A stretch of 64,000 nt of DNA from Actinomycetota bacterium. Its GTDB lineage: Bacteria > Actinomycetota > Acidimicrobiia > IMCC26256 > PALSA-555. Location of the stretch: NCBI GenBank assembly GCA_016870355.1, contig VGBR01000001.1, positions 57,574 through 121,573 of the forward strand, given 5' to 3'. The notes under the pieces were generated by a model, which searched no databases, had not been told where the DNA came from, and saw only the letters and a program-made list of their open reading frames with translations. A program made the position numbers and the translations under genes. How positions within the stretch are numbered: position 1 is the stretch's first letter; each line of letters begins with the position of its first letter. Below, one piece after another: positions 48,099 to 56,902 of the stretch.

Positions 48099-48572
48099 GT
48101 GGCGACGGCAGGGCTCACGATCGACGACACCGCGCGGTTTCTCAGCCACGCGACGTGGTTGGAACGACGGCTCTTCGAGGTGCTCGGCGGTTGGGTCTCC
48201 GACACCACGGACCCGGCGATCAAGCTGGCCCTCGCCCGTCACTCTCGGCTGCACGCCGAGCACGGGGCCGTGCTCGAGCCGCTTCGGCCCGACACCCGGG
48301 ACCACGATGTCGCGCAACGGGCCCCCCTCGACGCCAGGTGGCGCACCCTTGTGTCGAAGATGCTGGCCGCATCCACCACGGCCGCAAGATTGGAGCGACT
48401 CATCGAGGTGCTCACCGGCGCGATCACTTGCTACGAGCAGGCCAGGGGCGCCATGCGGGCCGTGCGGGACGCCCCCGTGCAGCGGGCGCTGGCTGTCGTG
48501 CTGGCCGACGAGCAGGCCGAGGTGGCCGAGCTCGAAGCGCTCCGCAGAATCGATGCAGGAACCGGCCGCTAG
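48099..48572 (+). CDS. Hypothetical protein (helical, no family recognised)
   Basis: 157-aa ORF with high GC3 in this frame. The longer antisense ORF 47910..48620 has poorer composition. Confidence 0.5.
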   Translation: MATAGLTIDDTARFLSHATWLERRLFEVLGGWVSDTTDPAIKLALARHSRLHAEHGAVLEPLRPDTRDHDVAQRAPLDARWRTLVSKMLAASTTAARLERLIEVLTGAITCYEQARGAMRAVRDAPVQRALAVVLADEQAEVAELEALRRIDAGTGR

Positions 48573-48760
48573 CGCCGATACCATGACAGGCCCCCCAACG
48601 GGGGACGAACCCACGAACACACCTGTGGAAGGCCTCGCTTGACGAGGTCGTTATGGTACGGAGAGCGGCCGCCCCCCGACCGCCGTGACCAGGGAAGATC
48701 CACCGCCGTCGGGCGGTTGTCCACAAGCTGTACCCGCCGCTGAGACCCCGAAAGGCATTT

Positions 48761-49702
48761 GTGGCCAAGGAGCGCGTCGAGCGGGACGAGGAAGATCTCG
48801 TCCGGCTCTATCTGACTGACATCGGGCAGTACCCACTGCTCACCAAGGACGACGAGGTTCGCCTCGCCCAGCAGATCGAGCGGGGGAACGCTGGGCGTGA
48901 GGAGTTCGAGCGCACGCCGGCCAAGAAGCTCACACCGGCGAAGAAGCGCGAGCTCCGCAAGATCGCTCGTGAGGGCGAGACGGCCCAGCGCACGTTCGTG
49001 CAGTCGAACCTGCGGCTGGTGGTCTCGATCGCCAAGAAGTACCAGGCGTCTGGCCTGCCGCTGCTCGACCTGATCCAAGAGGGCAACCTCGGCCTGATGC
49101 ACGCGGTCGAGAAGTTCGACTGGCGCAAGGGCTTCAAGTTCTCGACGTACGCGACGTGGTGGATCCGTCAGGCCATCACGCGAGGCATCGCCAACACCGG
49201 TCGCACGATCCGCTTGCCGGTGCACGCGGGCGACACGTTGGCGCGCCTCCAGAAGGCGCGGTCACGACTGGAGCTCAAGCTCGGTCGCCCGGCCACGCTC
49301 GCCGAGCTCGCGATCGAAGTCGAGATGCCCGAGGACAAGGTCACCGAGGCGTTGCGCTTCGCGGCCGAGCCGCTGTCGCTGTCGGAGCCGCTGCGTGAAG
49401 ACGGCGACGCCGAGCTCGGCGACATCGTCGAGGATCGCTCGGCAGAGTCGCCGTTCGAGGTGGCGGCCACCGCGCTGCTGCCCGACGAGATCGAGAAGCT
49501 GCTCGCTCCGCTCGACGAGCGCGAGCGTCATATCCTCGCGTTGCGATTCGGACTTGATCGCGGCGAGCCGCGCACGCTCGAAGAGGTTGGTGAGTACTTC
49601 AACCTCACGCGCGAGCGCATCCGTCAGATCGAAGCGCGTGCGATGAGCAAGCTTCGTCACCCGTCCGCCGACACCGGCGCCCGCGACCTGCTGGCGGTCT
49701 AA
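48761..49702 (+). CDS. RNA polymerase sigma-70 family factor, group 1/2 (SigB/HrdB-like, short N-terminus)
   Basis: Regions 1.2 to 4.2 are present: LYLTDIGQYPLLT, NLRLVVSIAKKY, LIQEGNLGLM.AVEKFD..KG.KFSTYATWWIRQAI, and TLEEVG..F.LTRERIRQIE. Confidence 0.9.
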   Translation: MAKERVERDEEDLVRLYLTDIGQYPLLTKDDEVRLAQQIERGNAGREEFERTPAKKLTPAKKRELRKIAREGETAQRTFVQSNLRLVVSIAKKYQASGLPLLDLIQEGNLGLMHAVEKFDWRKGFKFSTYATWWIRQAITRGIANTGRTIRLPVHAGDTLARLQKARSRLELKLGRPATLAELAIEVEMPEDKVTEALRFAAEPLSLSEPLREDGDAELGDIVEDRSAESPFEVAATALLPDEIEKLLAPLDERERHILALRFGLDRGEPRTLEEVGEYFNLTRERIRQIEARAMSKLRHPSADTGARDLLAV

Positions 49703-49727
49703 CCACCACAGGTCCGGGTCAGGTTGA

Positions 49728-49751
49728 GAAGCCCCGCTTCGGCGGGGCTTC
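49728..49751 (+). terminator. Hairpin terminator after the sigma factor gene
   Basis: GAAGCCCCGC TTCG GCGGGGCTTC, a perfect 10-bp stem 26 nt after the stop. Confidence 0.6.
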
Positions 49752-49827
49752 GTCGCGATCGGCTGTCCACGCGTCTGTTTCGGCGTGATGATGGTCGCGG
49801 TGGGGACCGAGTCTCCGGCGCTCGTGG

Positions 49828-50125
49828 GTGTACCTGGCGGTGATGACGCTGACGCCGCTCGGCACGACCGGGAGGTGGGCCGCAATCGTCGACAATGTTG
49901 GCGGTCCGAGCCTCGTCGAGTACGACCTCGACACCGACACGACCGTGCGTCCGCTCGCTGAGCTGGGCTGACTTCGGCGTGAACATCGCCGGTGGGAGCG
50001 CCGACGGTCAGCACGTGTTGCTGCTCGTGCCGAACGGGAGCGGCGGCTTCGACCTCTCTCGCTGGTCCGAAGGCGACGCCGTCGCGACCTTCGTCGCTGA
50101 GGACATCGTCGCCGCCGACTGGTGA
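49828..50125 (+). pseudogene. Short frameshifted ORF remnant (unknown family)
   Basis: A high-GC3 frame encodes ...AAIVDNVGGPSLVEYDLDTDTTVRPLAELG and stops at TGA 49969. Coding signal then continues in another frame (DFGVNIAGGSADGQHVLLLVPNGSGGFDLSRW...), ending at 50125. Confidence 0.3.
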
Positions 50126-50133
50126 CACCCACA

Positions 50134-50180
50134 TTCTCGGCACGCTGAACAGCAAATACGTGTCTTCAGCGTGCCGAGAA
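50134..50180. repeat. Hairpin repeat copy 3 (TTCTCGGCACGCTGAA-N15-TTCAGCGTGCCGAGAA) immediately 3' of tRNA-Sec
   Basis: Perfect 16-bp inverted repeat with a 15-nt loop. It ends 11 nt from the 3' end of selC on the minus strand, so it likely acts as its terminator. Confidence 0.75.
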
Positions 50181-50191
50181 CGGGGGTTGCG

Positions 50192-50284
50192 TGGCGGAGG
50201 CGGCAGGAATCGAACCCACCGGACAGGTCAACCCGTCCCACTCGTTTTGAAGACGAGGGGGGCCACCAGGCCCCGTTCACCTCC
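50192..50284 (-). tRNA. selC: tRNA-Sec (anticodon UCA)
   Basis: Reverse complement is GGAGGTGAAC GGGGCC TGGT GGCCCC C CTCGT CTTCAAA ACGAG T GGGACGGG TTGA CCTGTCC GGTGGG TTCGATT CCTGC CGCCTCC G CCA. It has a 6-bp D stem with a 4-nt loop, a long variable arm and anticodon TCA, all hallmarks of bacterial tRNA-Sec. 93 nt. Confidence 0.9.
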
Positions 50285-50298
50285 GGCGCGAGTCTCGC

Positions 50299-51132
50299 CT
50301 ACTTGGGAGGTGACGCGTCAGCGGGCGCCGGCGCGGCTGGCGGCTCCGGCATCGCGTCCGCGCGACGACGATCTTCCGCGCGCCACCACAAGCCGACGAG
50401 CGCGCCGAACGCGAAGCCATTGAGGTGCGCGGCCCACGCCACACCGGAGCTCAGGCCGACGAGCAACAAGTTCTGTGCAAGCCACACGACCAGCAACCAC
50501 AACGCCATGACCTTTCGTAGGAACACTGGCGCGATGACGATCACGGTCTTGATTCGCGTCGATGGCCAGAGCACGAAGTACGCGCCCATGACTGCCGCGA
50601 TCGCGCCGGACGCGCCGATGATCGGGATCGTCGAGCTCGGCGAGATCGCAACGTGTGCCGCGGTCGCGACGATGCCGCCGACCAGGTAGAGCAGCAGGTA
50701 GCGCAGCCAACGAGCTCGCTGTTCGACGTTGTTCCCGAAGACCCAGAGGAACAGCACGTTCCCGAACAGATGGGCGATGGAGCCATGCAAGAACACCGAC
50801 GTGAGCACAGCCGCGTACACCGACTTGCCTGACGAATGCGCGGGACCCGGCGCGTCACCGCACGCGGTGAAGTCGTTGTTGCCTTCGCCGAACGTCTGGT
50901 TGTACTCGCCTTCGGTGAGTGGTCGTCCCTCGACGAGCTCGCACGGGATCGCCGCGTTGTCGACCACGAAGCGCAGATCTTCCTCGTCGAGCTCTTCGAC
51001 GATGCCGCCCCAGTAGAGCTCAGGCGTCCCGGTCGGCTGCACCGCGAAGTACACGACTACGCACGCGACGATGAGCAGCAGCGTGACGATCGGAAGCCGG
51101 CGGACCGGGTTGTGATCCGAGATCGGGATCAT
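50299..51132 (-). CDS. Rhomboid-family intramembrane serine protease
   Basis: Six TM helices. H..H region FLHGSIAHLFGNVLFLWVFG and catalytic-Ser region GASGAIAAVMGAY. Its ATG at 51132 overlaps the upstream stop (ATGA). Confidence 0.85.
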   Translation of the reverse strand: MIPISDHNPVRRLPIVTLLLIVACVVVYFAVQPTGTPELYWGGIVEELDEEDLRFVVDNAAIPCELVEGRPLTEGEYNQTFGEGNNDFTACGDAPGPAHSSGKSVYAAVLTSVFLHGSIAHLFGNVLFLWVFGNNVEQRARWLRYLLLYLVGGIVATAAHVAISPSSTIPIIGASGAIAAVMGAYFVLWPSTRIKTVIVIAPVFLRKVMALWLLVVWLAQNLLLVGLSSGVAWAAHLNGFAFGALVGLWWRAEDRRRADAMPEPPAAPAPADASPPK

Positions 51133-51755
51133 CGGTCGCCTCCCGCGTCGGGCGGCGGCGCGCCCTGCTTCGGGGCGGTCCAGTGCGTCCACTGCTCGCC
51201 GTCCCACCAGCGGAGCTGCTCGGGCGCCCATGGGTCGGCGTGCCAACCGGATGGCGTAAGCGAACCACCGCTGTGCTGCGCGGACCAGGTCCCCGCTTCG
51301 ACGGCACGCGTCCGAGCCTCGGGGATCGCGCGGTTCAGCACGTCGACGAGCTCAGCGCGGCGGTTCGTGCCGATCGCCACCCAGTACCGCTTCCCGAAGT
51401 CCAAGCCGCGCACGCCGACGGAATCGTCGGTCCAGAACGGGTTGGCGCCGAGGTACCGGCGGTTGAACGCCCGCCACGGCCACGTGTTGCCGGCTTGCCC
51501 GAGCGTCGAGAGCTCTAGTGCGCTCAGCCGCACCGTTCGCTTGCCGACGGTCAGGTGGTCAGGACCGACGACCACCCGCGTCCTGGCGAAGCGGACCACG
51601 TTCCAGAGCCAGGCGAGTGCGGCGATCCCACCCACGATCGGGGCCACCGCGAGGAAGGACGCGACCACGACGGCAGGCAACCACCGCCAGTCGCGTCGCG
51701 TGGCGGCAAGGCGCTCCTCGAAGAGGATCTCAGTTGACGTGGTCGGTTCGGTCAC
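51129..51755 (-). CDS. Membrane protein with C-terminal DUF2510-like motif
   Basis: 208 aa with two N-terminal TM helices. The C-terminal GWHADPWAPEQLRWWDGEQWT matches the GW..DP....RYWDG..WT repeat. Confidence 0.65.
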   Translation of the reverse strand: MTEPTTSTEILFEERLAATRRDWRWLPAVVVASFLAVAPIVGGIAALAWLWNVVRFARTRVVVGPDHLTVGKRTVRLSALELSTLGQAGNTWPWRAFNRRYLGANPFWTDDSVGVRGLDFGKRYWVAIGTNRRAELVDVLNRAIPEARTRAVEAGTWSAQHSGGSLTPSGWHADPWAPEQLRWWDGEQWTHWTAPKQGAPPPDAGGDR

Positions 51756-51807
51756 GTGAGGCGTACGGTACGCTCTGGCCGGAAGTCACCGACTGTTGGG
51801 GAGCGTC

Positions 51808-51885
51808 ATGAAGAAGCTGCTCTTCCTCCTTGTGCTGGTGCTCATCGGCGTCGCGGTCGCCCGAAAGCTCCGAGACACCGCCTGA
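51808..51885 (+). CDS. Possible 25-aa hydrophobic peptide (resembles the N-terminal part of actinobacterial DLW-39-type small proteins)
   Basis: An ATG preceded by GGGGAG encodes MKKLLFLLVLVLIGVAVARKLRDTA. A strong hairpin follows. Below the ORF-track size cutoff. Confidence 0.35.
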   Translation: MKKLLFLLVLVLIGVAVARKLRDTA

Positions 51886-51907
51886 CGATCCAGCTCGTTC
51901 GAAGTCC

Positions 51908-51937
51908 GGGCCCGCCTGCCTCGAGCAGGTCGGGCCC
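51908..51937 (+). terminator. Hairpin terminator
   Basis: GGGCCCGCCTGC CTCGA GCAGGTCGGGCCC, about 12 bp of stem with one bulge. Confidence 0.45.
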
Positions 51938-51944
51938 AGGCCCA

Positions 51945-52133
51945 CACCGCCGGGGCGAAGGTCGGCTCCGAGAGCCAGGCGACCCCATCGAGTGCGGCCT
52001 GCGCGATCTCAGACGCGAGCGGCTCGACGCGCCTCGGTGACCATGCGCCGTGCCGCGCGAACGGCCCGACGAACGGAATCGTGCCTCCCATCCCCATGAT
52101 CACCGGGGCGGTGCCGAAGCCGGACTCGAGGGC
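51945..52133 (-). pseudogene. Possible degenerate remnant of an M20-peptidase C-terminus
   Basis: Minus-frame translation ALESGFGTAPVIMGMGGTIPFVGPF...AWSPRRVEPL resembles the GGSIPF...HSPNE end of M20 dipeptidases. Only about 60 residues, with no start codon and catalytic residues altered. Confidence 0.25.
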
Positions 52134-52149
52134 CCGTGGCGGGCCTTGA

Positions 52150-53130
52150 CTAGTTGCCCAGCTCGGTCGCGTAACGCGTCGCGAAGAGCGCGGGAGCGCC
52201 GCCGGTGTGCCAGAAGAGCACGGTGTCGCGTGACGTGAACCGCTCGTCGCGCACTGCCGCGATGAGCCCGGCCATCGCCTTCCCCGTGTACACCGGATCG
52301 AGCACGAGCCCTTCGAGGCGCGCGGCGAGCCGGATCGCCTGGAGCCCGTCATCGGTGCACACCCCGTAACCGGCGCCGAAACGGTCATGGTCGATGTGTG
52401 CTCGGGCTGGAGGTGCGTTGCGGTTGGTGCGCGTCGCGCCTTCTGCTGCCAACCGTGGCACGACGTCGTCGAGATCCGGTCGGGTGCCCACGTCGACGCC
52501 GAGCACCTGCACGTCGTCGCCGAAGCCGGCCAGCAGGCCCGCGTGTGTGCCGCCGGAACCGTCGGCTACGACGACCCAGTCGATCTCGTTGCCGCCGGGC
52601 TGCGCGCGGAGCTCGTCGGTCGCATCGGCGTACGCGCACACACCAGTCACGGACGCTCCGCCGATCGGCATCACGAACGGACGATGGCCGTCGCCCACGA
52701 GCGCCTTGCCGAGCGCGTCGATCGCGTCTTCGAGCTCGTAGTAGTCGCACGGCCCAACGAAGTGCATCCCCGCGCCCAGCACCGCGTCGAGCAGCAGATT
52801 TCCACCTGGTGACGCACCCGCCGATGCGGGCGGATCGGTCGCCACCGCGACGTGACAAGCGAGACCCATACGGTTCGCGGCGGCAACCGTCATGCGCACG
52901 TGGTTGCTCTGCGCGCCGCCTCCGGTGACGAGCGTGTCGCAACCAGCCGCCAAAGCCTCGGCACACAGGTGCTCGAGCTTGCGCGCCTTGTTCCCGCCGA
53001 GTGCGAGACCGGTGCAGTCGTCACGCTTGACGAGCAGGCGTGGTCCGCCGAGTGCCTCGGTAAGGCGATCCATCGGCTCGAGCGGGGTGGGGAGATGAGC
53101 GAGCGCGACCCGGCGAACCTGGTCCGTCAC
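52150..53130 (-). CDS. PLP-dependent D-cysteine desulfhydrase / ACC deaminase family enzyme
   Basis: LPTPLEPMDRL...LLVKRDDCTGLALGGNKARKLEHL. Its GTG at 53130 overlaps the upstream stop (GTGA). Confidence 0.85.
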   Translation of the reverse strand: MTDQVRRVALAHLPTPLEPMDRLTEALGGPRLLVKRDDCTGLALGGNKARKLEHLCAEALAAGCDTLVTGGGAQSNHVRMTVAAANRMGLACHVAVATDPPASAGASPGGNLLLDAVLGAGMHFVGPCDYYELEDAIDALGKALVGDGHRPFVMPIGGASVTGVCAYADATDELRAQPGGNEIDWVVVADGSGGTHAGLLAGFGDDVQVLGVDVGTRPDLDDVVPRLAAEGATRTNRNAPPARAHIDHDRFGAGYGVCTDDGLQAIRLAARLEGLVLDPVYTGKAMAGLIAAVRDERFTSRDTVLFWHTGGAPALFATRYATELGN

Positions 53131-53996
53131 GCGGCTTGCCGCTCCTTCTTCCGCAAGAGCCACCACACCACAGCGCCCGCGCCCGCCGCCGCCACGACAC
53201 CGGTCACGGCAAGCGCGGGCTTGGGCGGCACCGGCACCCGGTCGCGCAGGCGGACCGGCCGGACGAAGTGCCGGACGGGCCATTCTTCGTCGCGAGCGAT
53301 GCGCGCGAGCTCGCGATCGGGGTTCACGACCACCGGGTTGCCGACGGCCCGCAACATCGGTTCATCCGTGACGGAGTCGCTGTACGCGAAGGACCCGGTG
53401 AGGTCGATGCCTTCGCGCGCCGCGAGCTCCTGGATCGCCTCGGCCTTGTGCGGGCCGTAGCCGTAGTACGAGAGCTCTCCGGTGTACGCGCCGGTGTCAT
53501 CGACCTCGGCGCGCGTGGCGATCACCTCGTCCACACCGAGGAAGTCGCCGAGTGGAGCGACGACTTCTTCGGGGGCGGACGACACGATCACGACCCTGCG
53601 ACCTGCGGCCTGGTGCTCGGCGATCAGCTCGAGGGCCTCGGCGAAGATGATCGGGGTCACCACTTCTTCAAGGGCTTCCCGCACGATGGTCGCCACGTGG
53701 TCACGGTTCCAACCGCGGATCATGTCGAGCATCGCGACCCGCAGCTTTTCCATCTTCCCTTCGTCGGCGCCCACCAACATGAACACGACCTGCGCATACG
53801 CGCTCTGCACGATGGCGCGCTTCGAGAGCAGCCCCTCCCGGTAGAACGGTCGGCCGAACGCGAGCACCGAGCTCTTGGCGATGATCGTCTTGTCGAGATC
53901 AAAGAACGCGGCAGTCGCCATGGGCACCAGGCTAGGGGCGTCGTGTGGCTTCGCCTCCGACGCCACGGCGGAGACGGAGCTTGCGGAGTCGACCAT
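53127..53996 (-). CDS. HAD-IB family hydrolase (SerB-like) with C-terminal TM anchor
   Basis: FFDLDKTII contains the DxD motif. Also IVSSAPEE and YSDS.TDEPML. Start at ATG 53996 or 53921. The longer track N-terminus is non-coding-like. Confidence 0.8.
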   Translation of the reverse strand: MVDSASSVSAVASEAKPHDAPSLVPMATAAFFDLDKTIIAKSSVLAFGRPFYREGLLSKRAIVQSAYAQVVFMLVGADEGKMEKLRVAMLDMIRGWNRDHVATIVREALEEVVTPIIFAEALELIAEHQAAGRRVVIVSSAPEEVVAPLGDFLGVDEVIATRAEVDDTGAYTGELSYYGYGPHKAEAIQELAAREGIDLTGSFAYSDSVTDEPMLRAVGNPVVVNPDRELARIARDEEWPVRHFVRPVRLRDRVPVPPKPALAVTGVVAAAGAGAVVWWLLRKKERQAA

Positions 53997-54121
53997 GGGG
54001 GCGCGTACCTCTTGACACGTCTGACGGTTCGCCGTACGTTCGCCATTCTTCGCTTCCCAAGCCTTCCTCGGCTGTCCCGGTCGCGCACGCGTCCGGTCGA
54101 CCCCAGGAAGGTGAGGCGCCG

Positions 54122-54832
54122 GTGCTGCTCGCACTGTGGTCTCCGAAAGGTGGTTCTGGCACGTCGGTGATGGTCGCCGCGTGCGCGCTCGTGCTCGCCC
54201 GCGACGCCAACGGCGCGCGCATCGCCGATGTGACCGGCGATCAACCTGCGATCTTCGGGTTGGCGGCCGATCCCGATACCGGCATCGTCGACTGGCTCGC
54301 GACCGGACCGGAAGCACCGGTCGACGCGCTCGAGCGTCTCGCTGTCACCGTCGCGCCCGGTGTGTCACTCGTGCCGCGCGGGAGCACCGACCGATCGCTC
54401 GCGCCGTTGCCCGCCGCCGAATCGGGGGCCGCGCTCGCGGTGACACTGCGCGACGGTCCTGTGCCCACCATCGTCGACGCGGGCGCCGCGTCGGCACCTG
54501 CTGCGCGTGCACTGGTCGAGGTGGCCGACGCATCGGTCGTCGTGCTGCGCGGCTGCTACCTCGCGCTACGACGAGCGGTGCACTCACCGCTGTTGTCTCG
54601 CGCGGCCGGGATCGTGCTCATGGAGGAGCAAGGACGGTCGCTCGGGCCGTCGGAAGTTCGCGACGTCGTCGACCGCCCGGTGCTCGCACGCGTGCCAGTG
54701 CGTTCACCCATCGCGCGTGCTGTCGATGCCGGCGTCCTCGCCGCCCGACTTCCGGACGCGCTCTCACGCGCCGCGGCTCGATTGCTCACGCGGGTAGGTG
54801 TGCGTTTGGAGCGCCACGGGGAGGCTGCGTGA
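54122..54832 (+). CDS. CpaE/TadZ-like (Ssd-type) ParA/MinD-family protein with degenerate Walker A
   Basis: LLALWSPKGGSGTSVMVAA. First gene of the tad operon. GTG at 54122 preceded by GGAAGGTGAGG. Confidence 0.7.
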   Translation: MLLALWSPKGGSGTSVMVAACALVLARDANGARIADVTGDQPAIFGLAADPDTGIVDWLATGPEAPVDALERLAVTVAPGVSLVPRGSTDRSLAPLPAAESGAALAVTLRDGPVPTIVDAGAASAPAARALVEVADASVVVLRGCYLALRRAVHSPLLSRAAGIVLMEEQGRSLGPSEVRDVVDRPVLARVPVRSPIARAVDAGVLAARLPDALSRAAARLLTRVGVRLERHGEAA

Positions 54833-56019
54833 GCACGGAGCTCAAGCAGCGAGTTCACGAGCGCTTGCTTCGCGCGCCGGAGATCGGCGAGCTCGCTCGG
54901 CGCGACGGTCAGCCCGCGGTTCGAGCGCGCCTGGCCGAGCTGCTGCGCGAAGAGGATCCGCTGCTGCCGACGCCTCGCTTCGAGCTGCTGCTCTCCGAGC
55001 TCACCGACGAGGTCGCGGGGCTTGGTCCGTTGGAGCCGCTCCTCGCCGCGCCCGACGTGACCGAGGTGATGATCAACGGACCGGGACGCACCTACATCGA
55101 GCGGAATGGTCGTCTCGAGCCGATCGATCTCGCACTCGACGCCGCGGGCATCGTGCGCCTCGTCGAACGAGTGGTCGCGCCACTCGGACTTCGGCTCGAT
55201 CGGTCGTCGCCCATGGTCGACGCGCGCTTGCCTGATGGTTCGCGCCTGCACGCGGTGCTTCCGCCGTTGGCGCTCGACGGCCCGTGCGTCACGATCCGCC
55301 GCTTCGGCACGAGAGTCGTCGGGCTCGACTCGTTCGGCCTCGATCCGCGCGCCGCCGCCTTCCTGCGATGGGCCGTCGAAGTCGGCTGGAACCTGGTCGT
55401 CGCGGGTGGCACCAGCGCAGGGAAGACGGCCCTGCTGAACGCGCTGTCGAGCTCGGTGCCCCACCATGAGCGGGTCGTGACGATCGAAGAGACCGCGGAG
55501 CTGCGACTCGCGCAACCGCACGTCGTCCGACTCGAGGCGCGTCCACCAAACGCCGAAGGTGCGGGCGCGGTGCCAGTGCGCGCGCTCGTGCGCGCCGCGC
55601 TGCGCATGCGGCCGGACCGGATCGTGGTCGGCGAAGTGCGAGGCGGTGAGGCCTTTGACATGCTCCAAGCGCTCAACACGGGACACGACGGCTCGCTGTC
55701 CACGGTGCACGCGAACAGCGCCGCTGACGCGCTCACTCGACTGGAGACGCTCGTACTCCTGGCGGGCACCGGGTTGCCACTCGACGCGGTGCGGTCTCAG
55801 GTCGCGTCCGCGCTCGACGGCGTCGTGTTCGTCGCGCGGCGATCGGCCGGAATGCGGCGTGTCGAGCAGATCGCCGAAGTCGTTCCTTCACCCGACGGCG
55901 TGATCGTGCGCTCGCTCTTTGCCTGCAGGGGCGACGGGCTGGAACCGGTTGCCTCGCCAGCGCGATCCCCACGGCGACCCGATGCTCCACCACCTGATCC
56001 CTTGTGGTTCGTTGCATGA
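54829..56019 (+). CDS. cpaF: CpaF/TadA-family type IV pilus secretion ATPase
   Basis: VTEVMINGP...YIER.G, Walker A GGTSAGKTALLNAL, and Asp/His boxes TIEETAEL and VGEVRG.EA.DML.A.NTGH.GS..T.HAN. Its GTG overlaps the previous stop (GTGA). Confidence 0.9.
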   Translation: MSTELKQRVHERLLRAPEIGELARRDGQPAVRARLAELLREEDPLLPTPRFELLLSELTDEVAGLGPLEPLLAAPDVTEVMINGPGRTYIERNGRLEPIDLALDAAGIVRLVERVVAPLGLRLDRSSPMVDARLPDGSRLHAVLPPLALDGPCVTIRRFGTRVVGLDSFGLDPRAAAFLRWAVEVGWNLVVAGGTSAGKTALLNALSSSVPHHERVVTIEETAELRLAQPHVVRLEARPPNAEGAGAVPVRALVRAALRMRPDRIVVGEVRGGEAFDMLQALNTGHDGSLSTVHANSAADALTRLETLVLLAGTGLPLDAVRSQVASALDGVVFVARRSAGMRRVEQIAEVVPSPDGVIVRSLFACRGDGLEPVASPARSPRRPDAPPPDPLWFVA

Positions 56020-56029
56020 GGGCTGACCC

Positions 56030-56902
56030 GTGACCGCCCTCCTGGTCCTCGTGGTTGGCACGTTCGCAGCGGCCGCGCTGTTGCGCGCCTCTCATCGCAT
56101 CGAGGCCGGCGTTCAGGCACGGCGCCTTGCCCGGCCGAGTCGTTGGCGCCTTCCCACGCGCATTCGCAGCCGTCTCGAGGACGCACTGAACGACGCCGGA
56201 CTTCGCGTGGAACCCGAAGCTGCCTGCGAGCTGTGGCTGGCGACGCTTGTCGGCGTCGCGATCGTCGGCTTCGCGCTCTCACCGGTGATGGGTCTGCTCG
56301 GAGCGCTCGGCGTGCTCGCCGGAGGCCCGGTCGCGCTCCACCTGCAACGCGGTCGCGCGCGGCGCCGCCTCGTTGCCGCGCTCCCCGGCGCCCTGGAACA
56401 GATCGCGGCGGGTCTACGCGGTGGCGCGAGTGTCAGCGAGGCCATGGGCGCGGTCGCGGATGGCGGTGGTCCGCTGGCACCCGATCTGACGCGCGTCTGT
56501 GCCCGCTCCGCGCTCGGACCCGGATTGGCCGGCGCGCTCGCGCGCTGGTCGGCCGAGCGCGAGCTGGTCTCGGTCGGCGCTACCTGTGGTGCGCTTGCGG
56601 TCGCGTCCTCGGTCGGCGGTCCGGCGGCGCGCGCCATCGACGGACTCGCGAGCTCGCTCCGTGACCGGCTGGGCGCGGTCGCGGAGGCGCGAGCGCTCTC
56701 AGCCCAGGCGCGCGTCTCCGCCATCGTCGTCGGCGCCGCGCCGCTCGCATATCTCGCGCTGAATGCACTCGTCGACCCGGGCTCGCTCGATGTGTTGCTC
56801 GACTCCGGTGCCGGCCGGGTGTGCCTCGTGCTCGGGCTCACGTTCGAGGTTGCCGGCGTGCTCCTCATCCGACGGATCGTGCGCGGCGAGGACGCTGAAT
56901 GA
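56030..56902 (+). CDS. tadB: TadB-like type II secretion system F-family membrane protein
   Basis: 290 aa with TM helices at both ends and a T2SSF-like central region. Position follows cpaF. Confidence 0.8.
   Translation: MTALLVLVVGTFAAAALLRASHRIEAGVQARRLARPSRWRLPTRIRSRLEDALNDAGLRVEPEAACELWLATLVGVAIVGFALSPVMGLLGALGVLAGGPVALHLQRGRARRRLVAALPGALEQIAAGLRGGASVSEAMGAVADGGGPLAPDLTRVCARSALGPGLAGALARWSAERELVSVGATCGALAVASSVGGPAARAIDGLASSLRDRLGAVAEARALSAQARVSAIVVGAAPLAYLALNALVDPGSLDVLLDSGAGRVCLVLGLTFEVAGVLLIRRIVRGEDAE

Noticed and set aside
48573-48760. A sigma-70 promoter upstream of the sigma factor gene (TTGACG at about 48638).
   Set aside because: No acceptable -10 hexamer lies at 16-19 nt spacing. 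Only the isolated TTGTCCACA box at 48717-48725 is noted, under the DnaA-box finding.
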